From assembly GCA_905178155.1 (NCBI GenBank), contig CAJINV010000005.1:4381556-4445555 (forward strand): DNA of 64,000 bases, written 5' to 3'. Origin of the DNA: Amoebophrya sp. A120 (lineage: Eukaryota > Protista > Dinoflagellata). The translations under genes were made by a program, and so were the position numbers. This document shows positions 1 to 12,613 of the stretch, piece after piece. The notes under the pieces were generated by a model that made no database searches, was not told the origin of the DNA, and saw only the letters and a program-made list of their open reading frames with translations. Every line of letters begins with the position of its first letter. The first letter of the stretch is position 1.

Positions 1-284
1 TGCCCATGGAAAAACAGTCCAAGGAGCGGTTCATAATGACGGTGGGGAAGAACGTCGACCTCTCGCGCAAGAAACAAACCGCGAAGCGGTTCTACGCGGA
101 GCTGTTCTCGCCGGAGCAGGGCTACAACATGTTTCCCATCACGGAGGACGACCTGTTCCAGACGTGGGGACAGATGTCCGCCGAAACTGCCGTGTTGCAC
201 AACATGAAATGTCCGGAGTACCACGGGATCGGGGTGCTTGCGGTGCAGCCAATCCTGTTCGGCAAGTCGAATTTGGGCGGGTAG
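1..284 (+). CDS. 3' end of a gene, hypothetical protein (5'-partial)
   Basis: GC3-rich open frame from the window edge to TAG at 282-284, followed by AT-rich intergenic DNA. Confidence 0.6.
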   Translation, partial: PMEKQSKERFIMTVGKNVDLSRKKQTAKRFYAELFSPEQGYNMFPITEDDLFQTWGQMSAETAVLHNMKCPEYHGIGVLAVQPILFGKSNLGG

Positions 285-817
285 TACGAATTAATATATC
301 CGGAAATTGTCTGGGGGAAGGTGGTGAACGCCACGCACTGTAACCTTTATTTTTTGACAACGTGATGAAGTAGCTCCCGGCATTTTCTACTCGTTGGCGT
401 TGCGATTGTGTTTTCTTTCGAAAATAAGAAACGTTTGAGGGAAACTACTGTTGAACAAATACGAAACACCACGCACCGTACAGCTGGGTCATCTTCTGTA
501 CACGGATGATTTGGATGAAACTTTTGCACCAACATGATACGAAAAACTGGCAGCAGCCACGCGAACCCTGTGCGCAAATTTTACGGGAATGGGGCCAGTT
601 TGACGTCCCAACCATTCCTAAAAAAGAAATCTGCGGCCCTGCCGCTTCATCTTTCGCGGGCTTTGGTTTGTTCCGAGAGGAAAATGAAAATAACATCAAC
701 CAAAATATCAACATACTCCCTAATTTTCACTGGTACCGACCCACCGTGACCGTCGTCATCACTAGATATTTTCGTTTCTGCAAAGAAGTAGAACCGCCGT
801 ACTTCACGCACTTCAAT

Positions 818-2266
818 ATGTGGATGAACACGGAGCCTTTGTGGGTGGAGTTGAACGAATTGGGCGCCGAGACCGGGGCGGCCGATCCGAATTCGTACCG
901 CCGGCGGCAGCTGCTAACCTGGCGGTTGTCCAAGTCCTACGTGCTCTACTGCCTGCTCCTGCTCGTCGCCTCCACCTTTTTGCTCTTCTACAACCTGAAG
1001 CGGTGGGTGCAGTACGGCCACCTGCCCGAGTGGGACCGGCACGTCTGGGAGGAGTGGCTCGAGATTGGGATCACCGTGTGCCTCACCGCCGAAACCGCCA
1101 CGACGCTGTACCTGCTTGGCTTCCGGAAATTCATGCGGTCCTACTGGCTTCGGTTCGATCTAGCCGTTGTCGTCGTTCTCTGGGTGTGCGTCTTTCTCGT
1201 CGCGTATCCGCTGTGACAACCGTTGCGGCCTGATGTCGCATCATCAAGGTTTATCCCCATAGTGGTGTTCAGCTGTCTTGTACTCGAGAAAATAAAGACC
1301 TTTGTTGTGCAGTAGCGCACATCTTGTCAGTACTGTGATTGACCTAGATTTGCATTTTTGTTTCTATACTCTCTTGTTCCGTTGCTGCCGTTTCTTTAGG
1401 GGGGAGAAAATAAAGTTGTCACAAGTGATACCTCCGCGTCCAAGCTCGGGTGGGTATGGATTGCAAAAATGTCTGGGTCTGGAAACTTGTGATGCTAAAA
1501 TGTGGATGATGAAAACCGTTCCGAATGCAACACAGCATGACAACTTTCCAGAGCGCTCTCTCATAGGGAATCCGCATGAGAAACTGCGTTATTTCCGCGT
1601 GTACAAAAGATGCTGTGACTTTTGTTGGCTATGCCATACAGATTTCCTAGGTATGGAGAGCTAGCATTGTTACAAGTTGCAACCTTCCAGACCCAGACGT
1701 TTTTGCGTTTGATAGTGGGTGATGACCGACAAAAACGCCGAGACGAAGAAGCAAGAGGACAGCATGTTCGAGAATCTGGAGCTTCCATTTTTGATTCTCC
1801 GCTTCACGGTGCAACCCCTTCGTGTCGTGTCGCAGATCACGCAGCTGGTGCACCGCACGAGCACGAGTGCCGACGTGCCTACGACAATGCACAACTCCCC
1901 CTCCCCATCATTTGTATCATGGCATGAACAGCAATACGAGCGTCAACAAGAATGCATGTGTTGCATGACAAACTTGCACAGGAGTGTAGTGCTACTTGGA
2001 CAACTGCCAGAACTTCTCATTCGACCAGTTTGAAGAGGCAATTCGTGGAGTTGGTGCATTGCATTACAAACGAGGCGGAGGGCGAGTTGTGCATTCTCAT
2101 ATTTCCCGAGGTGGATTTCGCAGCTTTGTCCCGTTCGAGTAACACCGCCGGAGGGGTGGAAGTAGGACAGCAACTCCCGATGGGCCGCAGGGGAGTAGAC
2201 GGTATCAACACCTCATACGAAAGAGGACCCTACGCGGCTAACTACTCGCGACCGGGACGCGAGTAG
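818..2266 (+). CDS. Multi-pass membrane protein resembling a voltage-sensor (S1-S4) domain; multi-exon
   Basis: Hydrophobic helices and YWLRFDLAVVVV; GT-AG intron 1204-1425; removing 1455-1719 gives KLGWVMTDK...FLILRFTVQPLRVV. Last exon boundary uncertain. Confidence 0.55.
1455..1714. mobile_element. TIR introner-like element, family A (260 bp), TSD GTGGG
   Basis: TATGGATTGCAAAAATGTCTGGGTCTGGAA...TTCCAGACCCAGACGTTTTTGCGTTTGATA; GTGGG at 1450-1454 and 1715-1719. Confidence 0.9.
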
Positions 2267-2673
2267 GGACTCAGTGCTGGAATTGGTACAAAATGAAACG
2301 AATTGCTCTCTTGGTGCTAGTTCTTAAGTAGATTTGTCAGTCGTCTTCAGATGTCTGTAAAATCACACAACGCTGCTGCCACGTGCGAGAAGATCTTTAG
2401 CCAGGACTAAAATGAAACAAGAATTCGATCTGAATGCCGGCATCGCGATCAACAATCGTCAAGGAGGAGATTGAAGATTCAAATCGTCCATTCACATGAG
2501 GCTCCGCCATCAAATCGTGATCTCAGCGCTAAGTAGCCTTGTACGACGAACTTATGCTAAAACTTGATTTCCAACAGCGAAGTAAGTACTTTTGCAGAAA
2601 TGAGCTTCCTCTTTAGTAAACGCAAAAAAGGCCTCCACGTATCGGTTTCAAATAGCAACCACTTTTTCAATAG

Positions 2674-3720
2674 ATGAATAGCCAGATGAAAAAAATGCGA
2701 CAGATGAAGCTGCTTAAAGATTTGCGGCGGACCTTGAAAGCGGACGACGCCGCAGCCAAGCGACAGAAGAAACGAGTACAGGAGCGAGAAAGCCGGCAGT
2801 TGCAGGAACGTCCGGCATCGGTTTCTTCAGGGGTGGGCGTCAGAAGTGGGGAAGAGACGGCCGCCGCAGCAGTTGTTGCGGAGCAAAAATTGGCTCAGAA
2901 GCAAGGAAAGCTAGTACCAAGTCAGGCACTTCACACGACATCCTCAGCAGGCAAGAAGACCGACGAAGTACTAGAGCAGCCAACGGATTGCGAAGGGAGG
3001 AAATCAAGTGGTAAAGAGCAAAGTGAACAAACAAGCTATCAAAAAATCGGTGCGAAAAATCCACCGCGTGGCAGTTCCGATGCGGTCGGCGATAAAAATT
3101 CAGCGAACTATGCAAAAAACGACCGCGCCGCGTCATCGAGGTCAAAACCGGAGAGCCAGCGCGGCAGCTGCTTCCTGGTGAAGACCATGGTAAGTGACGA
3201 GTGGCAAACGTGCCCGTCCGCGTGGCAGCAGGTGACGGACCAGGTGCTGGTCAAGAGCGCGAAGTTTTCGAACAAGAAAGCCCTGCGGATCTGGCAGCCG
3301 TTCTACTACGACGGGAAGTGCGCGGAGCACCTGAAGAAGTTCTGCGGGTTTCCGAACGTGCACCACAAGCCGGGGGAGGACTTCTTCGAAAAGGTGAAGG
3401 AGGAAAAGTTCTTGCGGACCGTGGACCTGATCTGGGACAACCCGCCCTACACAAACCCGGAGATGAAGCAGAAGGTGCTGCGGGCGTTGGTCGCCAGTGG
3501 GAAGCCGTTCTGCATGCTGCTGCCCGTCGCCATCTTACACGCGGCCTTCGTCCGCGAAATCATCAGCGACATGTCGCAGGTCCAGGTGTTGTTGCCGCGG
3601 CGAGTCTGGGTCCGGAAGAAAAATCAGAACCCCGTCCCGTTTAAGCTCCTGCTCTGGTTCTGCTACAAGATGGACCTTCCAAAAGATTTGTACTTTTTAG
3701 AGGACGTGGAAGAAAAGTGA
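2674..3720 (+). CDS. Putative N6-adenine DNA methyltransferase with a Lys-rich low-complexity N-terminus
   Basis: SDEWQTCP, IWQPFYYDG, DFF and IWDNPPY (NPPY catalytic motif), PFCMLLP; intronless 348-aa ORF. Confidence 0.7.
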   Translation: MNSQMKKMRQMKLLKDLRRTLKADDAAAKRQKKRVQERESRQLQERPASVSSGVGVRSGEETAAAAVVAEQKLAQKQGKLVPSQALHTTSSAGKKTDEVLEQPTDCEGRKSSGKEQSEQTSYQKIGAKNPPRGSSDAVGDKNSANYAKNDRAASSRSKPESQRGSCFLVKTMVSDEWQTCPSAWQQVTDQVLVKSAKFSNKKALRIWQPFYYDGKCAEHLKKFCGFPNVHHKPGEDFFEKVKEEKFLRTVDLIWDNPPYTNPEMKQKVLRALVASGKPFCMLLPVAILHAAFVREIISDMSQVQVLLPRRVWVRKKNQNPVPFKLLLWFCYKMDLPKDLYFLEDVEEK

Positions 3721-4231
3721 AAATAAGAATGTTGTTTTCATTCTACATACTGGGAAGATCACATCATTTACAGCGACACATTGATTCCATCAAAGTACTA
3801 AGTACGCGTACGCGGACATAATCCAAAGTAAGTTGGTGACAGTGAGGCAGGTGGCGGACATGTTGAATGTCGCTGCATGTTTGCGCTCGCATAATTGATG
3901 TTCATCTTCCTACCTGGAGCTTTTTGTTCATTATTTTCGAAACAGAGCAGCGTATCGCGTTGCGTTCACATGGTGTCTGCCGCGTGCACGTTCCGCTGCA
4001 GTGCATGTGTTTCCTGACGACTTCTTCATCTTTGAGGCTAAGTGTAGTTTCGTCTGTTCCTCTTTCGTTTCTCTCTAAATCGATCAAAATTTGCTTTGGT
4101 TCCTCATCCTTAGGTCTGTCATACGTATCTGTTGTGTGTTGCAATATTGGTCTGCGAAACAGCTTGCCTCAAGAGTACATCTGTGTAAATCTAGATTCGG
4201 GTGCTGGAGGGTGCCCGCGGGAACGCCCCAG

Positions 4232-6281
4232 ATGAGTTCCTGCCGTCTCACCAACGAGCTCGACGGGAAGATGCTTCCGTATGTTTGCTTTGGTCGCATT
4301 GCCGACGCTCGGATTCTTTCTTCCGCCGGAGAATCCACTCCAGAAATCGCGCATACCTTCACGAAGCTGCTGACTGCAGCAAGGTAAGAGCGTTTTTGCA
4401 TCTTGCGGCCCCTCCTTGACACTATCAACAAAAGTCTTGGTTACAACACACCGCGGCTCGTAATTATATGTTTGCCACCTGTTGTTCACTTTTACTTTTT
4501 CGTTATCCGAAATAAACCTCGGTTCTTCATTTTTTTTCATCAGGTCCAAGATGAGCCCGGGGACGCGGATGCGGCTCCAGTGGAGCGGCGGTCTCGTTAT
4601 CCTGAGTAAAAACGTCCCCACACCATAGTTGTCATGCAGATTCGCAATGACAGGAACATTTGTAATGCGCATCTCCATGAGAGGCATTTCCAAGCGCGTT
4701 TGGGAATTTGTAATGCTGTAAACGGGATGAGCAGATGGATTTGTGACGCGACTGCACTTTCTAAACTGCACTACAATAGTACGGGCTGGAAGTTGTCATG
4801 CGTTGCTCCCAAAGCTCCTGGGTTTGTCTTGCTAAGTTCCCAACTTGACTATGGGGTGGGGACGTTTTTACATAGGATACTCGTGTGCTGCTTGCTAGAC
4901 GAGGAGGGGCAACTGCTGTACTCGCTCTATCAAATGCAAAAATGTCTGGGTCAGGAAGAATCCAAGTTTGTCATGCTTGTCTCGCATGACTCGAGAATCT
5001 GTGTTGCATAGGCACGAAAAGGCCCTCTTACCTGTCATGCAAAAACGCAGTTTGCCATGCGGAATACGTAAGACATGGCAGCTAAGAAATTTGTCATGCA
5101 TAGCTGCGTATTGCAGTGCGTCTATCATTCACTTTTAGCATTACACCCAGACATATTTGCATTTGATACGCTCGTAACGAGGTCGATTGCGTACCCAGAG
5201 GCACAGTCCTCAAAACTGCTGGAAGACCTGCAGGGCTTCGTACGAGCGGAGTTGGCGAAGAGTCCCGGGTTTTTGCACCAGCTCCTAGCCGAGGATGTTC
5301 CTTCGCCGGGTAGTTCTTCGACTGCAGCGTCTGCGCGCGGTACGGCCAGACCGAGTACTTCTACAGATGCCGCATCCAACACCTTAACCGGCACTGCAAC
5401 ATCAAGCGACAGCGTTCCGGGGGAGGAGGAGAGGGGAGCCACTGCTGCCGTGTTGTCGGGGGAGCCAGAAAGATCCAAGAAGTTGTGTTCTCCCAGGTCA
5501 GCGCCGTCCACAGCGGGTTCTACTTCGGAGGAACGGCAACCGACTTCATGGATGAAGGCCGAGACTTCCACACCATCAACTACAACAAGTTTCGGGGTAG
5601 TTAATACTCCACCACCGCCGCTGTCAGTTTGCACAGGAGACAGCGCGAAAAATGCCACTGGCACAAACCGACCCGCGGGTGGAGGTCCGACAGTATCTCA
5701 GAGCCGTATGCGGCGCCACATGCAGGCGCTGCTCCTGCAGTACGAGAACCCCGTGGAGGCGGCCCGAGTGTCGCGGCTGTTCGCAAAATCGGAGGAACTT
5801 CGGGAGACGACGCGGAACAGTATCAAAACCGTCGTTCGCAACGCGAACCAGATGCACGCCCTGGAAATTCGGTCCCGCGAGATGGAAGAAGCGTCGCAGT
5901 TCTTGGAGCAGCACGCAGTGAAGGTCAAGAAGAAATTCTGGTAAGTACGTGAAATATAACAACTGGGTTGCTTGATTCTCATTTTTTTGGATTCATTTTT
6001 CCGCCGGGATTATTACGTGGAAAGAACCAAAGCAAGAGCATCCTACATTTGACTCTAAAGCGCTTTGCTCAAGTAAGTTAGTAGTACCTTTAGAAGTTGT
6101 ACAATTCAATCTAATGAAAAGGTGGAAGAACAAGGCGATGCTGTTTGCGGGCGGTGCGGTTGTGTCCCTCTGCGCCATTCTGTTATTTTTCCACTTCGTT
6201 TACCCGCTTCTGCCAGCTTTCTTTCCAAACCAGCAGCCGGTCAGCAACGAGGCCGGTGAGGCACCAGCGGCAAGTGCATGA
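4232..6281 (+). CDS. Longin-domain R-SNARE (VAMP7/synaptobrevin-like), about 391 aa
   Basis: Exons 4232-4383, 4544-4597, 4885-4927, 5174-5940, 6122-6281 join in frame; SNARE coil ending KKKFWWKNK followed by a C-terminal TM helix; two GT-AG introns and two TIR elements. Confidence 0.8.
4598..4879. mobile_element. TIR introner-like element, family B (282 bp), TSD CTCGT
   Basis: TATCCTGAGTAAAAACGTCCCCAC...GTGGGGACGTTTTTACATAGGATA; CTCGT at 4593-4597 and 4880-4884. Confidence 0.93.
4928..5168. mobile_element. TIR introner-like element, family A (241 bp), TSD CGCTC
   Basis: TATCAAATGCAAAAATGTCTGGGT...ACCCAGACATATTTGCATTTGATA; CGCTC at 4923-4927 and 5169-5173. Confidence 0.93.
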
Positions 6282-7124
6282 CTTGCAAGACTGAGCCCAC
6301 GGGCAGCAAGTCAACATCCGTGGCTCTACTAGAACGGTTGTGCAGAGCGCGCGACTCGCTGGCCTGGTTAATATCCACTGAGGACGCAGGAGCCGGAAGT
6401 GGGACGTGCGTCAGAATAATAGTGCTGTGCAAGAAGAAGCACAGAAGGAGAGCGTTGCGGTGGGTGTGGCGAGATTGGCGCCGCGAAGAAATGCGTGTTT
6501 TCTACCTTTGTGCAGGTTCCTGCAAATTTTTGATTTTCTGACGTGTACAAAATCGTACGAAAAAGTCGAAATTTTGTTTGATGCTCGAGCACCACGGAGC
6601 TCGCAGACGCGGAGACGTTGCGCTGTGTTGCACACTCACTGCAGGTGCGAAAGAACGGGGAGTATTAACTATGTAAGTGATTCTAGCCAATTATGGGTAG
6701 CACGCGCATCGTGAGTGTGCCACCTGTGCGGCCCAGGTGTAGTTCTTTTGACACGTGGTGGAAAAAGGATGTCTTCCCGCAACGATTTGTTATTTCACTT
6801 GATCGAAAATGAAAGCTGCGCGATCAGATTATAACCGCGATAAATTTTTGAAGATCATTCTTCCGCATCTTCGCAGGAACGGATCCGCGATTTGGTTTTT
6901 CGAACTGTTTCTACATACTGGGCAGCATCGCTGCAATTGCTTGTGTTTTGTCTTTGCGACACTACTGCACCGCTAGTTGACACGTTTGTGACGAGGTCAT
7001 TCGTTTTGTACAGAGTAGCACGTCCCCCCAAGTTGCATTCTATATAGAGCAAGTGTTCTTGTTTCCTGTGTTGCAGGGGCGACAGATCCGTTGCAACAAG
7101 TGGTAGGTGGTGACCAATAGAATC

Positions 7125-8123
7125 ATGCCGGGAACGATTGTTTGTGCGTCTGGGTACTTTGACCCGATCCACTATGGGAGTGTGAGGATTGAAATTGACC
7201 AAGTTGAAACAGTTTGCCATGCATAAAATCGATACCAGTTGGGAGCCCAATTTCCACGCAGCGCATGACAAATCTCGGCACCGTCTGAATCCAGTTTGTG
7301 ATGCTGTTTAGGAACAGAGGGCGTCTCTTGTCATGCTACTTTAGCAGCTCTATCGCAGACCCCAAACAGGCGGACAGTCGGTCTCACTTAGAATCCCTGC
7401 AAGAGAGGCACTTCGTGCCTTGCAATTTATGCATGAGAAATTACATCAACTTTGTCGATTTCAATCCTGACACATCCATATCCACCCGGGCCACATCGAG
7501 TACCTAGAAAGGTCGAAATCGCTCGGGGACAAGCTGTACGTGATCGTGAACTCAGACAAGCAGGCGGAGATGAAGAAGGGCAAGCCCTTCATGAAGTGCG
7601 TGGATCGCCTGAAAATAGTCCGGTCGCTCGCCTGCGTGGACGCCGCCATTGAGGCGTGCGACGCGGACCGGAGTGTATGTGCTTCGTTGCGGATCATCAA
7701 GCCGGACATTTTCACCAACGGCGGCGATCAAAAGAACGAAGGTATTTTTACACTTAGGTTTCCTTGTTCTTTCATCGCTGTGGAGATGTCTTCATCGACG
7801 GCTGCACTGACATATAGTGCAACGGAGAGTCATCCCCGTCGCTGAATGTTTCATTTGTAGGTGAGAATGACCGCAGATGGTTCCTTCCTCAAGCCCGCAG
7901 CTAGTATCGAGAGCGACGTCGATTTTTAACAACATCAATTACGAAACATCATGAAATGGCTGCATACGTGATGATCATCGCAGGTGTGCCAGAGGCGGTT
8001 GTGTGCAACGAGCTGGGAATCAAAATGGTGGATGCTTTGGGGGACAAAATTAACAGCAGTAGCTGGCTGATTGCGAATTCTTTGGGGGAAGAGAAGGTGG
8101 TGAAGGCGGACCCCAACCAGTAG
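7125..8123 (+). CDS. Cytidylyltransferase-family nucleotidyltransferase (TagD/RibL-like), 147 aa
   Basis: Exons 7125-7172, 7486-7741, 7984-8123 give SGYFDPIH|PGHIEYL, IVNSD, KPDIFTNGGD and KINSSSWL (HxGH and SSS motifs). Confidence 0.88.
7173..7480. mobile_element. TIR introner-like element, family C (308 bp), TSD TCCAC
   Basis: TATGGGAGTGTGAGGATTGAAATTGAC...GTCGATTTCAATCCTGACACATCCATA; TCCAC at 7168-7172 and 7481-7485. Confidence 0.93.
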
Positions 8124-8826
8124 GTGTCTTTGCGATTACAGAAACGGATGGGAAGCCTAGCTGTTGCTGTTCGCAAGAACTCTATGTTGTTGTTTGCGAC
8201 GCGTCGTGTAAACAAAGCCAATTTACTGGGCTGAAATAAATCGAGGGATGGTTGATGACGCCGTTGTTCTCTGGAACCAGCTGCATGCTGCTCGAATTGT
8301 TTTATGTTTGTTTGTTCACAGAGCTTCACGAATTATGAAGCGATAAGGTTTTATTTAAAAAGCGAAAAAAGTAAATGAAGCGACGCAGTGAAGCAGTTCT
8401 ACGACTTAGCAATGGTCGCGCGAAGACTGGTATCGCGGCCACTGGTCGCGTCATCAAAAATCAGCACCACAAAAAACCGATCGCTCGAGGTCATTGGAAA
8501 CGGAGTAACGTAGCAAATGGGCTTTTGTTCGAAATCACCTTATGTTGATCGAAAATTGGTTTGGAAAATCGGTTTCCTGGTTTCGTCATGTGACGCAAGG
8601 TCGTTTTACCGGTATTATATTTCGACTTCGTGAACTTCAAAAAGCGATCCAACAGCGACCTCCAAATAAACCTCGTACTTTCTTTACGCGCCCCGTGCAG
8701 CTCCATGCTACTTAGTCCGTATCTCTGAAGAAATTCGTTTTCACACAACTTTTTTGAACAAGGAGTACGCACAACAGTTGTTTCTGACGAGAATAAAGCT
8801 TTATTACCTGCTCTAGGACATTAAAC

Positions 8827-10042
8827 ATGACGACTAGCAGCGACGAGGAAGCTGCTCCGGGCGCCACGAGCGGCGGCCGGGGTAAGCTGGAGCAACAGCA
8901 CAAAAAGGAACTAAAGGAATTGAAAGACAAGTGCAAAAATGAGCAGAAGAAGGCCAAGTCGGACAAGCAGGCCAAGCGGGAGGTCGAGGCGAAATACAAG
9001 CAAATGGAAGACGAACTGGTGGAGGCTTTTGAGAAAAAAATGAAGGACCTGTTTGGATCGGGGCAAGCGGCAGAAAAAGATGAAGAATGCCAGGAACAAC
9101 AACAACAACTTTCGCCGTCCGGGGAATCACGATCCTCGCCCAGTAAAGAGCGAAGTCCGGCGGGTGAACAAACAAAAAGCGCGGGCGGCGACGGGACAAG
9201 AACTGGGGAATCATCTGCAACAAGAGACGACACTGCTGTAGCTGACAAAAGTCCAGTGGCTGGCGATGCGGATGCCTCTGAAGAGCCTACCGCGGGGCTA
9301 ACAGAAGAAGAGAAGATTGCAAGGAAGCGGGCAAAAAAGCAGCGACAGCGAGAAAACAAGGAGCAGAAGAAAAAGGATGCCGTAGCAGAGAGGGAGAAAC
9401 TCATGGCCGGCGTGGTAACAGAAATATTTACTTTTATCTCTTCCTGTAAAAGCTGTCTATGAATAGTTTGTTTTTGTGATTGTGTGCGTTCTTGCGACTC
9501 CTTGCAGCTTTGCCGGTTGACTTTCGTTTCCCATCGTTTGAATGGTATCGAATTCTTTCCCCATTTTTTTGTAGGTACCGCTGTCCCAGATCGAGAACGA
9601 GCGCATGGAGAAACAGTTGACGCGGGAGGGTATGCAGATTTTCGACATCCCGTCGGACGGGAACTGCCTGTACCGGGCGCTCAACCACCAGCTGCAGCTG
9701 GCGGAGTACCCGAAGCGGTTTAGCTACGACGATCTGCGCAATCTGTGCGCCGACACGCTGGAACGGTACAAGGACGAGTACAAGCTATTTATTTCGGACG
9801 AGATGGACGGGTCGGAGGCAAGCTGGCAGCAGTACCTGCAGAAGGTGCGCAACGCGCTCTGGGGCGGGGACATGGAGATCAATGCGCTCGCCCGCGCGCT
9901 CGAGTGCCGCGTGCAGGTCTACCAGGGTGACGGGGACCCGGTGCTGTCTTTTGGTGAGGACATTGCCGATTGGGAGCTCCGCATCACTTTCCACAAGTAC
10001 CTCTACACCTCAGCGCACTACAACTCACTGCTTCCCCTTTAG
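8827..10042 (+). CDS. OTU-domain deubiquitinase (OTUD6/Otu2-like)
   Basis: Coiled-coil N-terminus; GT-AG intron 9415-9574; DIPSDGNCLYRAL, WGGDMEINAL and HYNSL OTU motifs. Confidence 0.88.
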
Positions 10043-10492
10043 CAGTTGTACAGGACATAATTTTCTTTGTTTATGATCTCCGGCGACAAGTCCCTTGTAG
10101 CACGCATAATTGTAGCACAGGACTACAAGATCGTTTTGAAAGAATAGTCCTTCCAAAGCGCTCACATTGATGATTCGCCCCGGGCAACGAGCGAATAGTG
10201 AAGCCTCGTTGCGGAGTGTGTGTTGACGGTGGGTGTTCTTACAATTTAGAGTTTTTCTTTTTTTCTTTTCGGTCGAGATAGAACAATAAATATCCAGAAG
10301 CGCATAATTTTCCTTCACGCAGTTCGTCCTCACCCGGTATTCGTATTGAGAGCAGAAGCAAGCGCTAATATTCTTGCGACATCTTTATTTTCTGCTGTGT
10401 TAAAGACCGAGCGCACAGACAAAGAAGGAAAGTGCTTAAAAAACCTGAGCAGCCGCAAGCGTGACTAAAGACAAAGATATCAGTTGAAAAAG

Positions 10493-11831
10493 ATGGTGAC
10501 CACTTCGTCGGCGGGCGCGAGCGCCTCGTTGCTCGGACGAGGCGGGGTGTTGGACCTCTGCTCTCTGTCGGACGATGCCTGCAACAACTTGATCGGCATC
10601 TTCTTGAAGGCCAAGCCGGCCATGGCGGTGGAGTTGGTCGACTTGTGCGAAGAAGAACAGGATCCAGACCCGGCGTGCGGGCGGTTTCGCGGGTCCATTA
10701 AAAGCTGGTGGCCGGTACTTAGCTTCGATCTGTAAAGATGCCCATAACATCTCTGTACTTACACTTAGGATTAGCTTCATTCTGTTAGGTTGTACTGTTC
10801 ATAGTACCATCTCCATCTCCTACTAACTGCGGCGGGGATAGTTACTAGATCGATATACCCAAAAAACAGGAGAAAGGCTACGGTTTCCTGGAATGCGAGC
10901 ACACGTTCTCGATGTACGGTTGCGATATTTACATCAATCGGTTGGCCATTGGGCTTTTTCAGAAGCACGATGAGGTCTTCTTCAGCGTGGAGTTGAACAA
11001 AGAGGGGAAACCGCAGGGGAAAAACCTGCTCCCGATCAGCGCAGAGGCAAAGAAGCGCCAGCTGCTGGCCGCCACCGATCCAGATTTTGATCTGGATACC
11101 TATCTCGCGCAGCACAAGCTCGGGCCGTACAATCCCAGCCACGAGGAGCAGGAGGCACAAAACCGAAGTACTCCTGGTTCCCTAGATAAAAGCTTGCTTG
11201 CACCATTTGTCTGTTTGAGACTCCTATGACAAGATGAAGGGCAACTCAACATGTGTGTTTTTGACGGTCGTCCCTCTGCCTGCCTGTCACATGGTCATGG
11301 TGTTTCAATGATGACGGATTGAAAAATAGGGAACAAGCGGACGGGAACCGAGCGCGTGCAACAGGACCACGGTCGAGGGCAATACGGCAAAGACGGGTGG
11401 GGCGATCCCTACGCCTGGTGGGGCCCGGCGTGGCGGGACGGTCCGTATGGCGGCAAGGGCGGTAGCTGGCATGGGCAAAAAGGGGGTTTGCCCTACGGGG
11501 AGCGGGCCAAAGGGGGCGGCATGTCCACAGCGGCGTTGCGGGAGCACCTCTTCCGAGGTATGATACTGAGCTGCCAGCACGTGTTCTGCTTGATGATGTT
11601 GCAAGTACTTATATAAACATGTGTTGAGTCGATCTGGCAGAAGCAAGTTGTTCCGGAATTGCTGCACGTTGGACGAAAATTTTGGTGCGCCGACGGACTG
11701 CGCTCTACATAATTTTTACCCACGCCATTTCAGGTCGAGACAACGGTGTTAGCAAGGGCAGCAAAGGTGGACGGACGCCGGGTTTTTCGCCCTTCGACTT
11801 GGAAGATGTCCTTCCTCCTCCTCCCCGCTAG
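10493..11831 (+). CDS. Cold-shock-domain protein with a Gly-rich tail
   Basis: GT-AG introns 10715-10869, 11168-11329 and about 11558-11733; the first join gives FRGSIKSWWP|EKGYGFLEC (RNP1-like) and VELNKEGKPQ. Confidence 0.75.
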
Positions 11832-12613
11832 TGGTCCTTCGGACTTTTGTTTGAAATCAAGATGCGAGTACATCAGAGTGACCTACAGGACAAGGAGTCT
11901 CGCGACGACTCTCGAGAAGAATATACGCAAAGTTGTGTCCGTCTCCGTCCAAGCGGGGGTGCCGTTAGTGAACAAGCATCGGTCTATTCAGTGAAGTACA
12001 CCCACAAGGAGCATTTAGTGTCATGAGCAAAGTGCAAGTAAAAACAACATCAAAGAGCCGATGTGGCCGCGTCTTCGATTATACGTCGGACCGGGTGTGG
12101 TCTATCAGGAGACTAAGAAGCAAGGAAGAGGTCTGAGCCAGAGGCCTCTGGAGTCGACAGCTTTTCCGCCGAGAAAAACTGCGCTGAGTCGAAGGAGCAA
12201 CACCACGAGCGGGAAGGTTCTGCCGTTCCAAAAGACGGATTTTTCTAGACGAAGCGGCCGCCTTAGCGAGGAGCGAGACTGAGAAAGAACGGAGCGGAGC
12301 GCAGTCGAATTGGAGATTACAGAGCATCCTGTCGTGTCGTGTCAGTACGGTTTACTTGCTGTAAGTTTTCTGCAGCCCAGCAACATCACAGTTTCCTTCC
12401 TCGCAAACGTAGGCGATAAGAAACAAGTTGGCGCCGATCCGTTTGGAAGATACGGAGAGTACTTCTACGTTCCCACAATAAAGGGCGTCCTATAAAAATA
12501 GCGGCGTCGCTTCTTTGAATTGCTGCCGTGCGTTTTGTTCTAGTAGAAGTAAAAAGGGTGGCGCCTTCGGAAACCGAGCTCGACGCACGACAACCCGCGG
12601 TCACCGGACAAGA

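Noticed and set aside
4384-4543. Canonical GT-AG introns as decayed TIR elements
   Set aside because: Similar size, but I could not see TIRs, TAT/ATA ends or 5-bp TSDs in them
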